The position numbers were made by a program, and so were the translations under genes. A stretch of DNA of 64,000 nucleotides from Kiritimatiellia bacterium. GTDB lineage: Bacteria; Verrucomicrobiota; Kiritimatiellia; RFP12; UBA1067. The stretch covers positions 192,001-256,000 of the forward strand of contig JBMNFY010000001.1 in the NCBI GenBank assembly GCA_050949565.1, written 5' to 3'. Shown one piece after another: positions 28,473 to 38,700 of the stretch. The notes beneath the pieces are model-generated. The model saw only the letters and a program-made list of their open reading frames with translations. It had not been told where the DNA came from and did no database searches. How positions within the stretch are numbered: position 1 is the stretch's first letter; each line of letters begins with the position of its first letter.

Positions 28473-29156
28473 TTAGTCAACAAATCCGTTGGGTTCATTG
28501 CTGGCGTTGAGATCCGGCACACAGGCATGGCAGGTCCATGTGCCGTCCGGCGCTTCAAGCAACGCCGCGCCGTGCAAAAACCCGATCCAGTTTTCCGCAG
28601 TGTAGGTACGGATCTTGAGCCCCGTCAGAAATGAGGCGATGAAGATGTCGTGGCTGATAAAAATGGCGAGTTGCGCCGTTGTGTGACGACGCAGCCACTC
28701 TGCGAATTGCTCAGTGGCCGGGCCGATCGGCCTTGAGTAGGGGGCAATGCCGTTACGCAGATAATCGAGCATGAATTCCATATAGCCGCGCTGTCGCATC
28801 TCTTCCTGGACCGCGTAGTGATCCTCATAATAAAAGCCGAGCACGCCGAGCGGTTCGGCGTCGATGATGGGCGCGTCCGGCAAGTTCATCCCCTCGGCTA
28901 TGTAACGTGCGGTAAGTTGGCAGCGCACCATGGGGCTCGCGAAAAACTGGACGTCGCTGATACCGGTCAAGGGCACCCCTGCTGCGTGCGCCGCCTTGAT
29001 GCCGCGTGGTGTCAGGCCGAGCGTACGCCCGAACTCCTTGTCATCGGATCGGATCGGGGGTCGTTCAGCGTGGCGCAGTAGTAGTGCGACACGGTGACCT
29101 TGATCGATCCTGATGCGGACCTGCGGGATATCGAGTGTTTCTAGGGATGTCTTCAC
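28473..29156 (-). CDS. Histidine phosphatase family protein
   Basis: LLRHAE, ASPMVRCQLTA, ISHD. Confidence 0.85.
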   Translation of the reverse strand: MKTSLETLDIPQVRIRIDQGHRVALLLRHAERPPIRSDDKEFGRTLGLTPRGIKAAHAAGVPLTGISDVQFFASPMVRCQLTARYIAEGMNLPDAPIIDAEPLGVLGFYYEDHYAVQEEMRQRGYMEFMLDYLRNGIAPYSRPIGPATEQFAEWLRRHTTAQLAIFISHDIFIASFLTGLKIRTYTAENWIGFLHGAALLEAPDGTWTCHACVPDLNASNEPNGFVD

Positions 29157-29303
29157 GGGGGCGCAGTGTAGCAGGAATGTGCGCTATTTTCAAATGGCGC
29201 ATATGGTTTCTGACATGCCGAGTACAAGGATTGAACCGAATTTTAAATCGAATACGCTTGCCACTTGGAGGCGTAATCGTATAAAGTACGGCTCGTTTTC
29301 TCC

Positions 29304-29387
29304 GCTCGGGTGGTGGAATGGCAGACACGTATGTTTGAGGGACATATGCCGAGAGGTGTGGGGGTTCGAGTCCCCCCCCGAGCACCA
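29304..29387 (+). tRNA. tRNA-Leu(GAG)
   Basis: GCTCGGG acceptor, TATGT-TTGAGGG-ACATA anticodon arm, long variable arm, GGTTCGAGTCC, CCA. Confidence 0.97.
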
Positions 29388-29397
29388 TATTGATTTG

Positions 29398-29441
29398 AGG
29401 CCCGTTTTTGCTGGCAGGTTACAGCGAGAACGGGCTTTTTT
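29398..29441 (+). terminator. Intrinsic terminator after tRNA-Leu
   Basis: AGGCCCGTTTTTGCTG...CAGCGAGAACGGGCTT followed by T-run. Confidence 0.7.
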
Positions 29442-29467
29442 ATTGAGGACAGCAAGCCCTCTCGTCC

Positions 29468-30157
29468 TCATCGCGCGAGCCATCCGCCGTCGACGGGAAT
29501 GATTGCTCCGTGCACGTAGTTGGATAGGTGGGAGGCGAGGAATACCGCCGCGCCGCCGATGTCCGAAGCCTCGCCCCAGCGTCCGGCCGGGATGCGATCG
29601 AGGATCTGGCGGGAACGAACCGGATCGGCGCGGAGCGCCGCCGTGTTGTCGGTCGCGATGTAGCCCGGCGCGATGCCGTTCACGTTCACGCCCTTCGGCG
29701 CCCATTCGTTCGCGAGCGCCTTCACGAGCTGTCCTACGCCGCCCTTCGAGGCCGCGTAGCCCGGTACCGTGATGCCGCCCTGGAACGTGAGGAGTGAGCA
29801 GATGAAGATGATTTTGCCGTTACCGCGCGCGATCATGTCCTTGCCGAATTCGCGGGCGAGGATGAACTGCGCGTTTAGATTCACGTTCATCACCTTGTCC
29901 CACCACTCGTCCGGATGCTCTGCCGCCGGTTTGCGCAGGATCGTCCCCGCGTTGTTCACGAGGATGTCAATTACCGGATGCGCTTTCTTCGTCTTCTCGA
30001 TGAAGGCGTAGACGGCCGCACGGTCCGACAGATCGCACTCCGCCGAACAGGTGGTGATTACCTCGGCGCCTTCGGCTTTGAGCGCCTCGGCGATTCCCTT
30101 CCCGATGCCGCGGTTTCCGCCCGTCACGAGCGCCACTTTCCCTTTTAGCATGTCCAT
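29468..30157 (-). CDS. kduD: SDR oxidoreductase, 2-dehydro-3-deoxy-D-gluconate 5-dehydrogenase-like
   Basis: TGGNRGIG, NNAG, LLTFQGGITVPGYAASK, ANEWA, IAPGYIATDNT, VDGGWLAR. Confidence 0.88.
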   Translation of the reverse strand: MDMLKGKVALVTGGNRGIGKGIAEALKAEGAEVITTCSAECDLSDRAAVYAFIEKTKKAHPVIDILVNNAGTILRKPAAEHPDEWWDKVMNVNLNAQFILAREFGKDMIARGNGKIIFICSLLTFQGGITVPGYAASKGGVGQLVKALANEWAPKGVNVNGIAPGYIATDNTAALRADPVRSRQILDRIPAGRWGEASDIGGAAVFLASHLSNYVHGAIIPVDGGWLAR

Positions 30158-30377
30158 TTGCTATTGTCCTTTCCCACATCCACATCCGCGGTCTTTTTTC
30201 GAGCTTCCAGAGCCACCGCCGACATAGTATACTTCCGCTTCTTCATAGGACAGATTCTATCGGATTTAACCGTGAATGTTAGGTGTAAAGTTGTTAACAT
30301 GCGAGTAGGGTTCACGTTATGACGGTTGGCTATGTGGAGTCGGCCTTTATGGTTTTTGGACCGAGGGCGGCGAGGCA

Positions 30378-33134
30378 ATGAGGTGGGTAGCAGTTTGCTG
30401 GACGATGTTGTGCGCGGTGGCGGTGGTGTCTGACGCACATGCGGCGAAGGGAGTGGGCGTGGATATTCCGTATCATTCAACCGTTCTGGAAAACGGTCTG
30501 ACTGTCATCGTACATGAAGATCACAAGGCGCCTATCGTGGCCGTGAATGTCTGGTACCATGTGGGTTCCAAGGACGAACGTCCCGGACGCACCGGCTTCG
30601 CCCACCTCTTCGAACATCTGATGTTCAACGGCAGCGAGCACTTCAACGACGATTGGTTCAAGGCGATGGAGCGGGTCGGTGCCACCGGCATGAACGGCAC
30701 CACAGGGCAGGATCGAACCAACTACTTTCAAGAGGTGCCGCGCGATGCGCTGGCCTTCGCGCTCTGGATGGAGTCGGACCGCATGGGCCACCTGCTCGGC
30801 GCACTGACGCAGGAGCGGCTGGACGAGCAGCGCGGCGTGGTGCTGAATGAGAAACGCCAAGGCGACAACCAGCCGTACCGCATCGCTTGGCGGTTGATCA
30901 CACAGAACACCTGGCCCGCCGGCCACCCTTATTCGTGGGAGGTGATCGGTTCCGAAGAGGATCTGAAAGCCGCCACGCTTGAAGATACGCATGCGTGGTT
31001 CAAAGAGTTCTACGGTCCCGCCAATGCGGTGCTGGTGATTGCGGGCGATGTTGATACGCATGAGGCAGTGGAACTGGCACGACGCGCGTTCGGCGACATT
31101 CCGCCGGGGCCGCCGGTGCAGCGCCACAAGGCGTATGTCGCGAAGCGGAGCGGTACGCAGCGCATGACCGCGCAGGATCGCGTACCGCAGGCACGGCTCC
31201 ACAAGGTTTGGAACATTCCGCCGTACGGCACGACCGAAGGCAATCTGCTCAGCGTGGCGGCGGGCGTTTTGGCGGAAGGCAAGACATCGCGCCTCTACCG
31301 TCGTCTGGTTCACGACGAGCAACTGGCGACGGATGTGAACGCTTGGGCGAGCCTGAATGAGATCGCGGGTCAGTTCATGATCATCGCCACCGTCCGTTCC
31401 GGCGTGTCGGTGGACGCGGTTGAACAGGCCATCGACGAGGAGGTGGCGCGCTTGCTTAAAGAGGGACCGGAAGAGGACGAACTGCAACGGGTCAAAGCCG
31501 GCTTCGAGGCGGATTTCGTGCGCGGCTGCGAGCGGGTGGGCGGGTTCGGCGGCAAATCGGATGTGTTGGCGCGCAACGCTGTGCTGACCGGCGATCCGGC
31601 GTATTACAAGACGGTGCTGCGCGAAACGCTTGACGCGACGCCCACGGCGGTGCGCGACACCGCGCGCGCTTGGTTGTCGGATGGCGCGTTCGTGCTCACC
31701 GTCGAGCCGTTCCCCGATTATCGCGCGTCGGCCAACGGCATGGACCGCTCTGCTGTGCCGTTTCCGACATTGAAGCCGCAACCGCAGTTGCCGGCGTTCC
31801 AACGGGCGACACTCGCCAACGGGTTGCGCGTGGTGCTGGCCGAGCGACAGGAAACACCGCTGGTTCAGATGGCGTTGCTGGTGCCCTCCGGTTTTGCGGC
31901 GGATCGCGGCGGCGTGGCCGGTACGGCGAGTCTGGCGGCAGCGATGCTTGACGAGGGTACGCGGAGCCGCGACGCGCTGGCGCTCAGCGCAGAACTCGAT
32001 GCGCTGGGGGCGCGTCTCAATACGGGATGCGGGCCGGACACGATCACGGTGTCGCTCAATACGCTGACACGCCATCTGGACAAGGCGGTCGAACTCTTTG
32101 CCGACGTGGTGGTGAATCCGACCTTTCCCGAGAGCGATTTCAAACGTCTGCAGCAGCAACGGCTGGCGGCGATCCAACGTGAAAAAAGCGACCCGAACGG
32201 CGTGGCGTTGCGCGTGCTGCCGCGCTTGGTGTTCGGAGAGGGACATCCGTATGCCGCGCCGCTCAGCGGGAACGGCGACGAGGCGGGCGTGGCCGCGCTC
32301 ACGCGCGACGACCTGCAACGCTTTTATGCGCGCTGGTTCCGTCCCGAGCAGACCACATTGACGGTGGCCGGTGCGGTCACGCTCGAAGAGTTGCTGCCGA
32401 TTCTGGAACGTCGTTTCGGCGCGTGGCGGGCGGTGTCTAAAGATAGCGGCGCCCTGCCGTTTGAGGGATTGGACGCATCGGCGCACGTCGCTAAGCGCAC
32501 GTCGATCCTTTACGTGATCGACCGTCCTGACGCCGCGCAGTCGGTGATTGTGGCGGGATGTCCGGCGGCAGCGAAACGCGAGGCGGACGAGGCGGCCATT
32601 CAGGTGATGAACACAATTTTGGGCGGCTCCTTCACGAGCCGTATCAACATGAACCTGCGCGAGGATAAGCACTGGAGTTACGGGGCGCGCACGTCGCTGC
32701 TTGATATGAGGGGCGAGCGGGCTTTCCTGTGTTCGACGTCCGTGCAGGCCGACAAAACGGCGGAGGCGTTGCGCGAGTTGAAGCAGGAGGTGCTTGGGAT
32801 GCAGGCGGAGCGGCCACCGACGGACGCCGAGGTGGAGAAGGCAGTCACCGATCTCACGCTGCGATTGGGCGGACAGTGGGAGACGCTGAGCGCCGTTGGC
32901 GATGTGATGCAGCAGGTGGTTCGGCTGGGACTTTCCGAAAGCTATTTTCGTGGGTACGCGGAGGCGCTGCGCGGCGTGACCGTGCCGGATGTCTGGGCGG
33001 CGGCAGCGCATGTGGCGCGTGCCGAGTCGCTGGTATGGTTGGTGGTGGGCGACCGTGCGCGGCTGTTGCCGGAGCTTGAAGCGCTGGGATGGGGGCCGGT
33101 GACGATGCTGGACGCCGAAATGAGTCAACCATGA
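30378..33134 (+). CDS. Secreted M16 (pitrilysin-like) zinc peptidase, fused two-domain form
   Basis: GFAHLFEH inverted zinc motif; second half RATLANGL...SRINMNLREDKHWSYG. Confidence 0.95.
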   Translation: MRWVAVCWTMLCAVAVVSDAHAAKGVGVDIPYHSTVLENGLTVIVHEDHKAPIVAVNVWYHVGSKDERPGRTGFAHLFEHLMFNGSEHFNDDWFKAMERVGATGMNGTTGQDRTNYFQEVPRDALAFALWMESDRMGHLLGALTQERLDEQRGVVLNEKRQGDNQPYRIAWRLITQNTWPAGHPYSWEVIGSEEDLKAATLEDTHAWFKEFYGPANAVLVIAGDVDTHEAVELARRAFGDIPPGPPVQRHKAYVAKRSGTQRMTAQDRVPQARLHKVWNIPPYGTTEGNLLSVAAGVLAEGKTSRLYRRLVHDEQLATDVNAWASLNEIAGQFMIIATVRSGVSVDAVEQAIDEEVARLLKEGPEEDELQRVKAGFEADFVRGCERVGGFGGKSDVLARNAVLTGDPAYYKTVLRETLDATPTAVRDTARAWLSDGAFVLTVEPFPDYRASANGMDRSAVPFPTLKPQPQLPAFQRATLANGLRVVLAERQETPLVQMALLVPSGFAADRGGVAGTASLAAAMLDEGTRSRDALALSAELDALGARLNTGCGPDTITVSLNTLTRHLDKAVELFADVVVNPTFPESDFKRLQQQRLAAIQREKSDPNGVALRVLPRLVFGEGHPYAAPLSGNGDEAGVAALTRDDLQRFYARWFRPEQTTLTVAGAVTLEELLPILERRFGAWRAVSKDSGALPFEGLDASAHVAKRTSILYVIDRPDAAQSVIVAGCPAAAKREADEAAIQVMNTILGGSFTSRINMNLREDKHWSYGARTSLLDMRGERAFLCSTSVQADKTAEALRELKQEVLGMQAERPPTDAEVEKAVTDLTLRLGGQWETLSAVGDVMQQVVRLGLSESYFRGYAEALRGVTVPDVWAAAAHVARAESLVWLVVGDRARLLPELEALGWGPVTMLDAEMSQP

Positions 33135-33174
33135 AACACATGAAACTTCATGAAATAATGTGGTGGTGTGCCCT

Positions 33175-33867
33175 ATGCGAACTCTGGTGATTGATCGTTC
33201 CTCTGGTCACCCCAGTATGGCGGTGTTTGAGGATAACGTGTGTGTGTGCGAAAAGGTATGGGACGGCGAACCGTCCCGCGCCCCCGCATGGATGGCGGAG
33301 CTTGCCGATGTGATCGCCGCGCACGGATGGAACGGTGCGTCCTTTGATGAGTTCGTGTGCGGGCTCGGCCCCGGTTCGTTTTCGGGCATCCGCGCCTGCC
33401 TCGCCGCGTTGCAGGGGCTGGCGCTGCCGGACGGCAGACCGGTCTATGGGATCGCCAGCGCGGCGGCGGTGGCGTTGGGTCAGGCCGAAGGCGAGGAGCG
33501 CGTGACGGTGGTGGGCGATGCACGGCGCAACCGGCTTTGGTGCGTCACGTATGAGGTGCAGCCCGCCGCTGCACAGGTGCGCATGCCGGGCGGTGGATTG
33601 CCGACGCATACGGCGGAAGATTTTCGGTTGGTGCCGTCCGAAGCGCTTGGAAGCGTGGTACCGGATGCGGCCCGTATCGTGTCGCCGGATTGGGAGCGGC
33701 TGGCGTCGGTGTTGCGTGCGACGTTTGCGGAGGATCGGTTAGTGGCGCGCACGGTGTATCCTATTGCGGTGGATCTGGGACGACTGACGCTGGCGATGCC
33801 GGCGAGCCGTGTGCGCGAGCCGTTGCCGATCTATCTACATCCGGCGGTGGCCGCCGCAGCGAGGTGA
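33175..33867 (+). CDS. tsaB: tRNA t6A biosynthesis protein TsaB
   Basis: LVIDRS, GLGPGSFSGIR, DARR, PLPIYL. Confidence 0.9.
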   Translation: MRTLVIDRSSGHPSMAVFEDNVCVCEKVWDGEPSRAPAWMAELADVIAAHGWNGASFDEFVCGLGPGSFSGIRACLAALQGLALPDGRPVYGIASAAAVALGQAEGEERVTVVGDARRNRLWCVTYEVQPAAAQVRMPGGGLPTHTAEDFRLVPSEALGSVVPDAARIVSPDWERLASVLRATFAEDRLVARTVYPIAVDLGRLTLAMPASRVREPLPIYLHPAVAAAAR

Positions 33868-33888
33868 TGGGATGAGGAGTTGGTTGAT

Positions 33889-33962
33889 GAGGCTCTTGCA
33901 AAAACCCTCGTGGCATGGGCGTCCCGCCCATGAAACACGGGCAAGATGCCCGTGCCACACCT
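33889..33962. repeat. Copy of the 19914 MITE/REP unit (inverted, one end only)
   Basis: GAGGCTCTTGCAAAAACCCTCGTGGCATGGGCGTCCCGCCCATGAAACACGGGCAAGATGCCCGTGCCACAC. Confidence 0.85.
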
Positions 33963-34036
33963 GTTCCCGACTTGCCTTCCCCGTCTTCACCGGAAACGCA
34001 CGATCTTCGCATACTCCTGCCACTCGCCGATTGCTC

Positions 34037-35758
34037 ATGCGGACGGCATTGATGGTGTGTTTTGCTGGGTGGTGTGCGTGTTTGGCGTCTGGTGAGACTG
34101 TATACCGCCGCAGCATGGAGCGGGTGGCGAGCATGGATCCGGCCAATGCGGCGTCGATCTATGCGGCGCGTTCGTCGCAGCTCGTGTACGAGACGTTGCT
34201 GGAGTACGACTACCGCGCGCGTCCGTACCGGTTGATCCCCGGTCTGGCGGCGGCACTGCCGGAGGTGCAGTCGAACGGATTGGTCTATGTGGTGCGGCTT
34301 GATCCTGAGGCGCGTTTTCAGCCGGACGCCTGCTTCGGGCTGGATGCGGACGGGCGCGCGCGGGGGCGGGCGGTCACGGCGGATGACGTGGTGTTTTCGT
34401 TGAAACGGCTGGGGGATCGGCGCGTGGCGTCGCCCGGCGAGTGGCTGGTGCTTGATACGATCCGCGGCATGCGGGCGTTCGCGGAGGCGTCGATGGGCGG
34501 CGCGGCCACGGATTACGCGCGTCCGGTGAGCGGGCTGGAGGCGCTCGACGCGCAGACGGTGCGCATCACGTTGACGCGGCCGGCGCATCAGTTTGTCTGG
34601 TACCTCGCGATGTGTTTCACGGCGGTCGTGCCGCGCGAGGCGGTCGAGCAGTACGGTGCGACGTTCGGCAGTCACGCGGTGGGCAGCGGACCGTACCGGC
34701 TGGCCGAGTGGCGGCGCAACCACCAGATGGTCTTCGCGCGTGATCCGGCGTGGCGCGGCTGGCGCAAGGGGCCTGCGGCGCTGGTGCCGGGGGCGGACGA
34801 GGTGCCCTTTGACCGGGTAGTCTATTCGGTGGTCGACGATGTGTCGACGCAGTGGCTCTGCTTTTTGGCCGGCGAGTTGGATTTCTTGGGCGAGGTCTCG
34901 CGTGACAATTGGGATGTGGTGATCGACGGTGCGGGCGGTCTGAGCGAGCCGCTGAAGCAACGCGGCATCACGCTCTACTCCATGCCCACGCTTGAGGTCG
35001 CCTACATCGGCATCAACATGGAAGACCCCGTGCTGGGCTCAAACCGCGCGTTGCGCCAAGCACTCAACTGCGCGTTTGACAGCGCGGCGTGGGTGCGGTT
35101 TTTCAATCACCGCACGATCGTGTGCGACGGCCCCGTGCCGCCGGGCACCGATGGACGTTTGGAGACCCCGTTCCCGTACGCATACGATCCGGAGCGCGCG
35201 CGGGCGCTGCTGCGCGAGGCGGGGTATCCGGACGGCATCGATCCGCAGACCGGCAAACGACTGGAATTGACCGTGGACTTGGGGCGCACCTCGCAGGATG
35301 CGCGTGAGTCGACAGAGCTGCTGGCTTCGTTTTACGGGCGCGTGGGCATTTCGCTGAAGGCGCAATATCACAACTGGCCCACGTTTCTGCGGCGCGTCTC
35401 CGAACGCCAGAGCCAGATGTTCCGTATCGGTTGGGTAGGGGACTATCCAGACGCGGAAAACTTCCTGCAGCTTTTTTACGGGCGCAATGTATCGCCGGGA
35501 CCCAACCGCTGTAATTACGCCAATCCGCGTTTTGACCAGTTGTACGAAGCCGCTTGCGCGGCACAAGACGAGGCAACGCGCAACCGTTACTGGGCCGAGG
35601 CGCAAGAGCTGGTGCGCGAAGATTGCCCGTGGGTTTTTCTACACTTTCAAAAGGCCTACAGCCTTAGCCACGCCAGAGTGCGGAACTACATGCCGTCCGA
35701 TTTTCCTTACGGAACGGAAAAATATCTGCGGACACCGGTAGCGGGCGATGGGCGTTGA
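34037..35758 (+). CDS. ABC transporter substrate-binding protein, family 5 (OppA/DppA-like)
   Basis: SMDPA, VTADDVVFSLKR, VGSGPYRL, LRQALN, GWVGDYPDAENFL; longer ORF call runs through a repeat. Confidence 0.9.
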   Translation: MRTALMVCFAGWCACLASGETVYRRSMERVASMDPANAASIYAARSSQLVYETLLEYDYRARPYRLIPGLAAALPEVQSNGLVYVVRLDPEARFQPDACFGLDADGRARGRAVTADDVVFSLKRLGDRRVASPGEWLVLDTIRGMRAFAEASMGGAATDYARPVSGLEALDAQTVRITLTRPAHQFVWYLAMCFTAVVPREAVEQYGATFGSHAVGSGPYRLAEWRRNHQMVFARDPAWRGWRKGPAALVPGADEVPFDRVVYSVVDDVSTQWLCFLAGELDFLGEVSRDNWDVVIDGAGGLSEPLKQRGITLYSMPTLEVAYIGINMEDPVLGSNRALRQALNCAFDSAAWVRFFNHRTIVCDGPVPPGTDGRLETPFPYAYDPERARALLREAGYPDGIDPQTGKRLELTVDLGRTSQDARESTELLASFYGRVGISLKAQYHNWPTFLRRVSERQSQMFRIGWVGDYPDAENFLQLFYGRNVSPGPNRCNYANPRFDQLYEAACAAQDEATRNRYWAEAQELVREDCPWVFLHFQKAYSLSHARVRNYMPSDFPYGTEKYLRTPVAGDGR

Positions 35759-35794
35759 TTGATTTTTTCAGTTGTATAAAAGAGGAGAAAAAAG

Positions 35795-38700
35795 ATGCGC
35801 GGAAAGTGGCTTGGATTAGCGGTAGGACTCGTGGGGGGCGTGTGTGCCGCATGGGCGGAAGTGCCGTTGCGTGAGGACGCGCAAGGGACGCTATTCGGGA
35901 CGGATCGTTTTGCGGTGCGGATTGACGCGCGGAACGGTTGGATAGCTGAAGTGCTGTGCGACGGCCAGCCGGTCGTGACGGCACCGGCGACCGCGCAGGC
36001 CTATGACATCCGCCAAGACGGGGCGTGGGTCACTGGCAGCGGTCAGGCGATTGAGCGGCTTGGCGTTGAGCGCGTGTCGCCCGACACGATCCGCTGTCGG
36101 ACGCGGGCGGGCACGTGGACGGTTGACGCCCTCCTCCAACTCGATCCTGAACGACGCAGCGTGCGCCGCTGGTTCGATGTGACGTGGCATGGCGCGTCGG
36201 CCACGAAGATCAAGTCCTTCTGGATACGCGGTGGCGTGTTGCCGCTTGCGGAGGACGGACGTTATCTGCTCCCCGCGCAGTATCCGCCGCGCAGCGTCGC
36301 GGCCGCTGAGTTGACGGCTGACCGCCGCACCGGCAGTTGGCGCAGTCCGTATGTGGTGATCGGCGAAAATGGCCGCGGCTGGTCGGTGATGTGGGCGCTG
36401 GATGAATTACAACCCTATGCCGACCGCGGCAGTACAGGCGTGGAGGAGGGACGCGGCGAGATCCGTATCACGCAATCTTTCAACATGCAGGGGCATGTAC
36501 GCAACGGCGTGACGCAACGGGTGGGCGACTCGTGGCTCTGGGTGCAGCCGAACGATGCAGAGACGGCGCTGCGGCGTCTGCCCGAGTGGTTCGCCGCAGT
36601 TGGTCAGATGCCGCCGGAGGGGCGACCGGAGTGGCTCAAGCGCGTGATTCTCTACTCGTTTCATCCGGGTGGCACGATCGGCTCGAACTGCCGCGATCTC
36701 GGCGGCTTTCCTGCTGCCACTGCCTTGCTGCCGCATATCGACGGCTTGGGCTGCAATGCGATCTGGTTGATGCCGCTTGAGGATAAATCGATTTACTGGC
36801 CGCGTGACTACTACAAGTTGCAAGAGGGGATTGGCACACCCGATGACTTCAAGGCGTTCACGGCGCGTGCCCGTTCGCTTGGGATGCGCGTCTGGCAGGA
36901 TTGCGTACCACACGGCGGTTGCAATGAGTATCCGCGCGCCAAAGAGCATCCTGAGTGGTTGGCGCAGAACGAGGACGGCTCGACGCTCCATTACTGGTGC
37001 TTTGATTTCAACTGGCCGACTTGGATCGACTACATGCGCGGTGTGGTCTCCTTTTATATGCGTGAATACGGATTGGACGGATTCCGCATCGACGCATGCG
37101 GCGGTAGCAAAATCCCGAACTGGAATCCAGACATCCCGTATGCACGGGCCAGCCACGCACAGGCGCAGGGGGGATTCGCCATGCAGCGTGCCTTGCGCGA
37201 GGAGGTACGCAAGGTCAGGCCGGATGGCGCGAATCTGGCCGAGGTCGGCGCGAGCGTGCATGGTGCGGTCAGCGATTCCACCTACGATTTTGAACTCTGC
37301 TACCATGTGCTGCATGATTTCCGGCGCTCACCGGCCGACGTGTTTGTGCCGCGCTTGCGCCGCTGGCTGCATGAACAGCAATACGCCGAGGTGCCGGACT
37401 TGGTACGCATGCGTCATGTGGAGAGCCATGACAGCCTGCGCTCCGGTTTATGGTACGGCGCGGATGCGCAACGTGCGCTGGTGGCGTTGATCAGTTGGAT
37501 ACATGGCATCCCAATGGTCTATCACGAGATGGAGGACGGCCATTATGAAGCGTACCGCCGCATCTTTCATGTGCGGCGGCATGTGCCGGAGTTGAACACC
37601 GGAACGGCGGACTATTTGAGCGTGACCGCGCCGGACGGTGTGTTCGCGTGTCTGCGGAGCGGGGAGCGGTCCGCACGCACCGATGCGGCGTGGCATGATG
37701 AGTATGCTTGGGACACGCGGCCGAACGCTGCGGCGCGCGCGTCGGTGGTGCTGGTGAATCTGAACGGGACGGCGGTGACGGGTAGGGTGTCGGTGCCGAA
37801 GGCGAGCTTGCCTGCTGCGTTGCGGGATGCGGCATGGGCTCGGGATTTGATGAGTGGCGAGCGCGTGGCTTTGCATGAGGGTGTCTGCGAGGTGTCGCTG
37901 TCGGCGTTCGGGTACACGGTTCTGCGGTTGGAGAGCGCGACGTTGCCGTCGTGTACGCCGGTGCCGGAGGAGGCGGTGTCGAAGCCTGCCGTGGTCGCGC
38001 GCGCGGATGGCGCGACGCTGCGGGTCGGTCCGTTGGTGGCCGATGCCAAAACGGGATGGGCGTGTGCCTGGCGTACCGGATGGCGGCGCGAGACGCCGCT
38101 GGGCATGGACGTGGCGTTGCCTGCCGGTTGGGGCGCCAAGGCTGTGGCACCTGCCCGGTTGAACACCGTGACGGACGGCGTGGACGCCGAGTATGTGTGG
38201 CAGGGGAACACGCTGACGGTGCAGCAGCGTGAGGCGGATGACGGTGTAGAAATCAAGGCCGCGTGGCCGGATGGCGCACCGGTCGATGCGGCGTTGGTGA
38301 TCACGCTCGACGAGGCGCGCGCCTGGTATGCAGATACGGCAGAGGGACGTTTCGAGAGTCCGTTCCGTGTGCGGCATCCGGACATGACGATGCTGGGTGT
38401 TGTCGGCTCGATCTACCGCTTGCCGCAGGGCGGTGCCGTGCTGTGGGACTCGCGTCGCCACCCCTTCGGCTTGGATGGCGCGCATGCCCGCGTAGGGGTT
38501 CGGTTGCCTGATGGGCGCGATCTTGCGCTGACCTTTGATCCTGCGCGGTTGCCGGCTTCGGTACGGTTGTTGGAGCGCGTGGGCGAGCGGCACGGCTTGA
38601 ACGTGGCCGTGGTGTGGCGCGGTGACGAGCACGGCGTGACGTCAGGCGTGGATGAGGTGCGTTTCCATATCCGCTCCGCGCGCGAGCGTGAGGCGGTGTC

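Noticed and set aside
28339-29387. Prophage or integrative element at the tRNAs
   Set aside because: No integrase, phage genes or duplicated tRNA 3' end seen in the window
30477-33128. 883-aa antisense ORF (also 18188-19882, 23443-24810, 4778-5746, 27114-28244, 50735-51757)
   Set aside because: Shadow frames opposite well-supported genes in high-GC DNA; no recognisable motifs
33809-34036. N-terminal extension of the substrate-binding protein
   Set aside because: Overlaps tsaB and translates a REP (WHGRPAHETRARCPCH); a signal-like start exists at 34037
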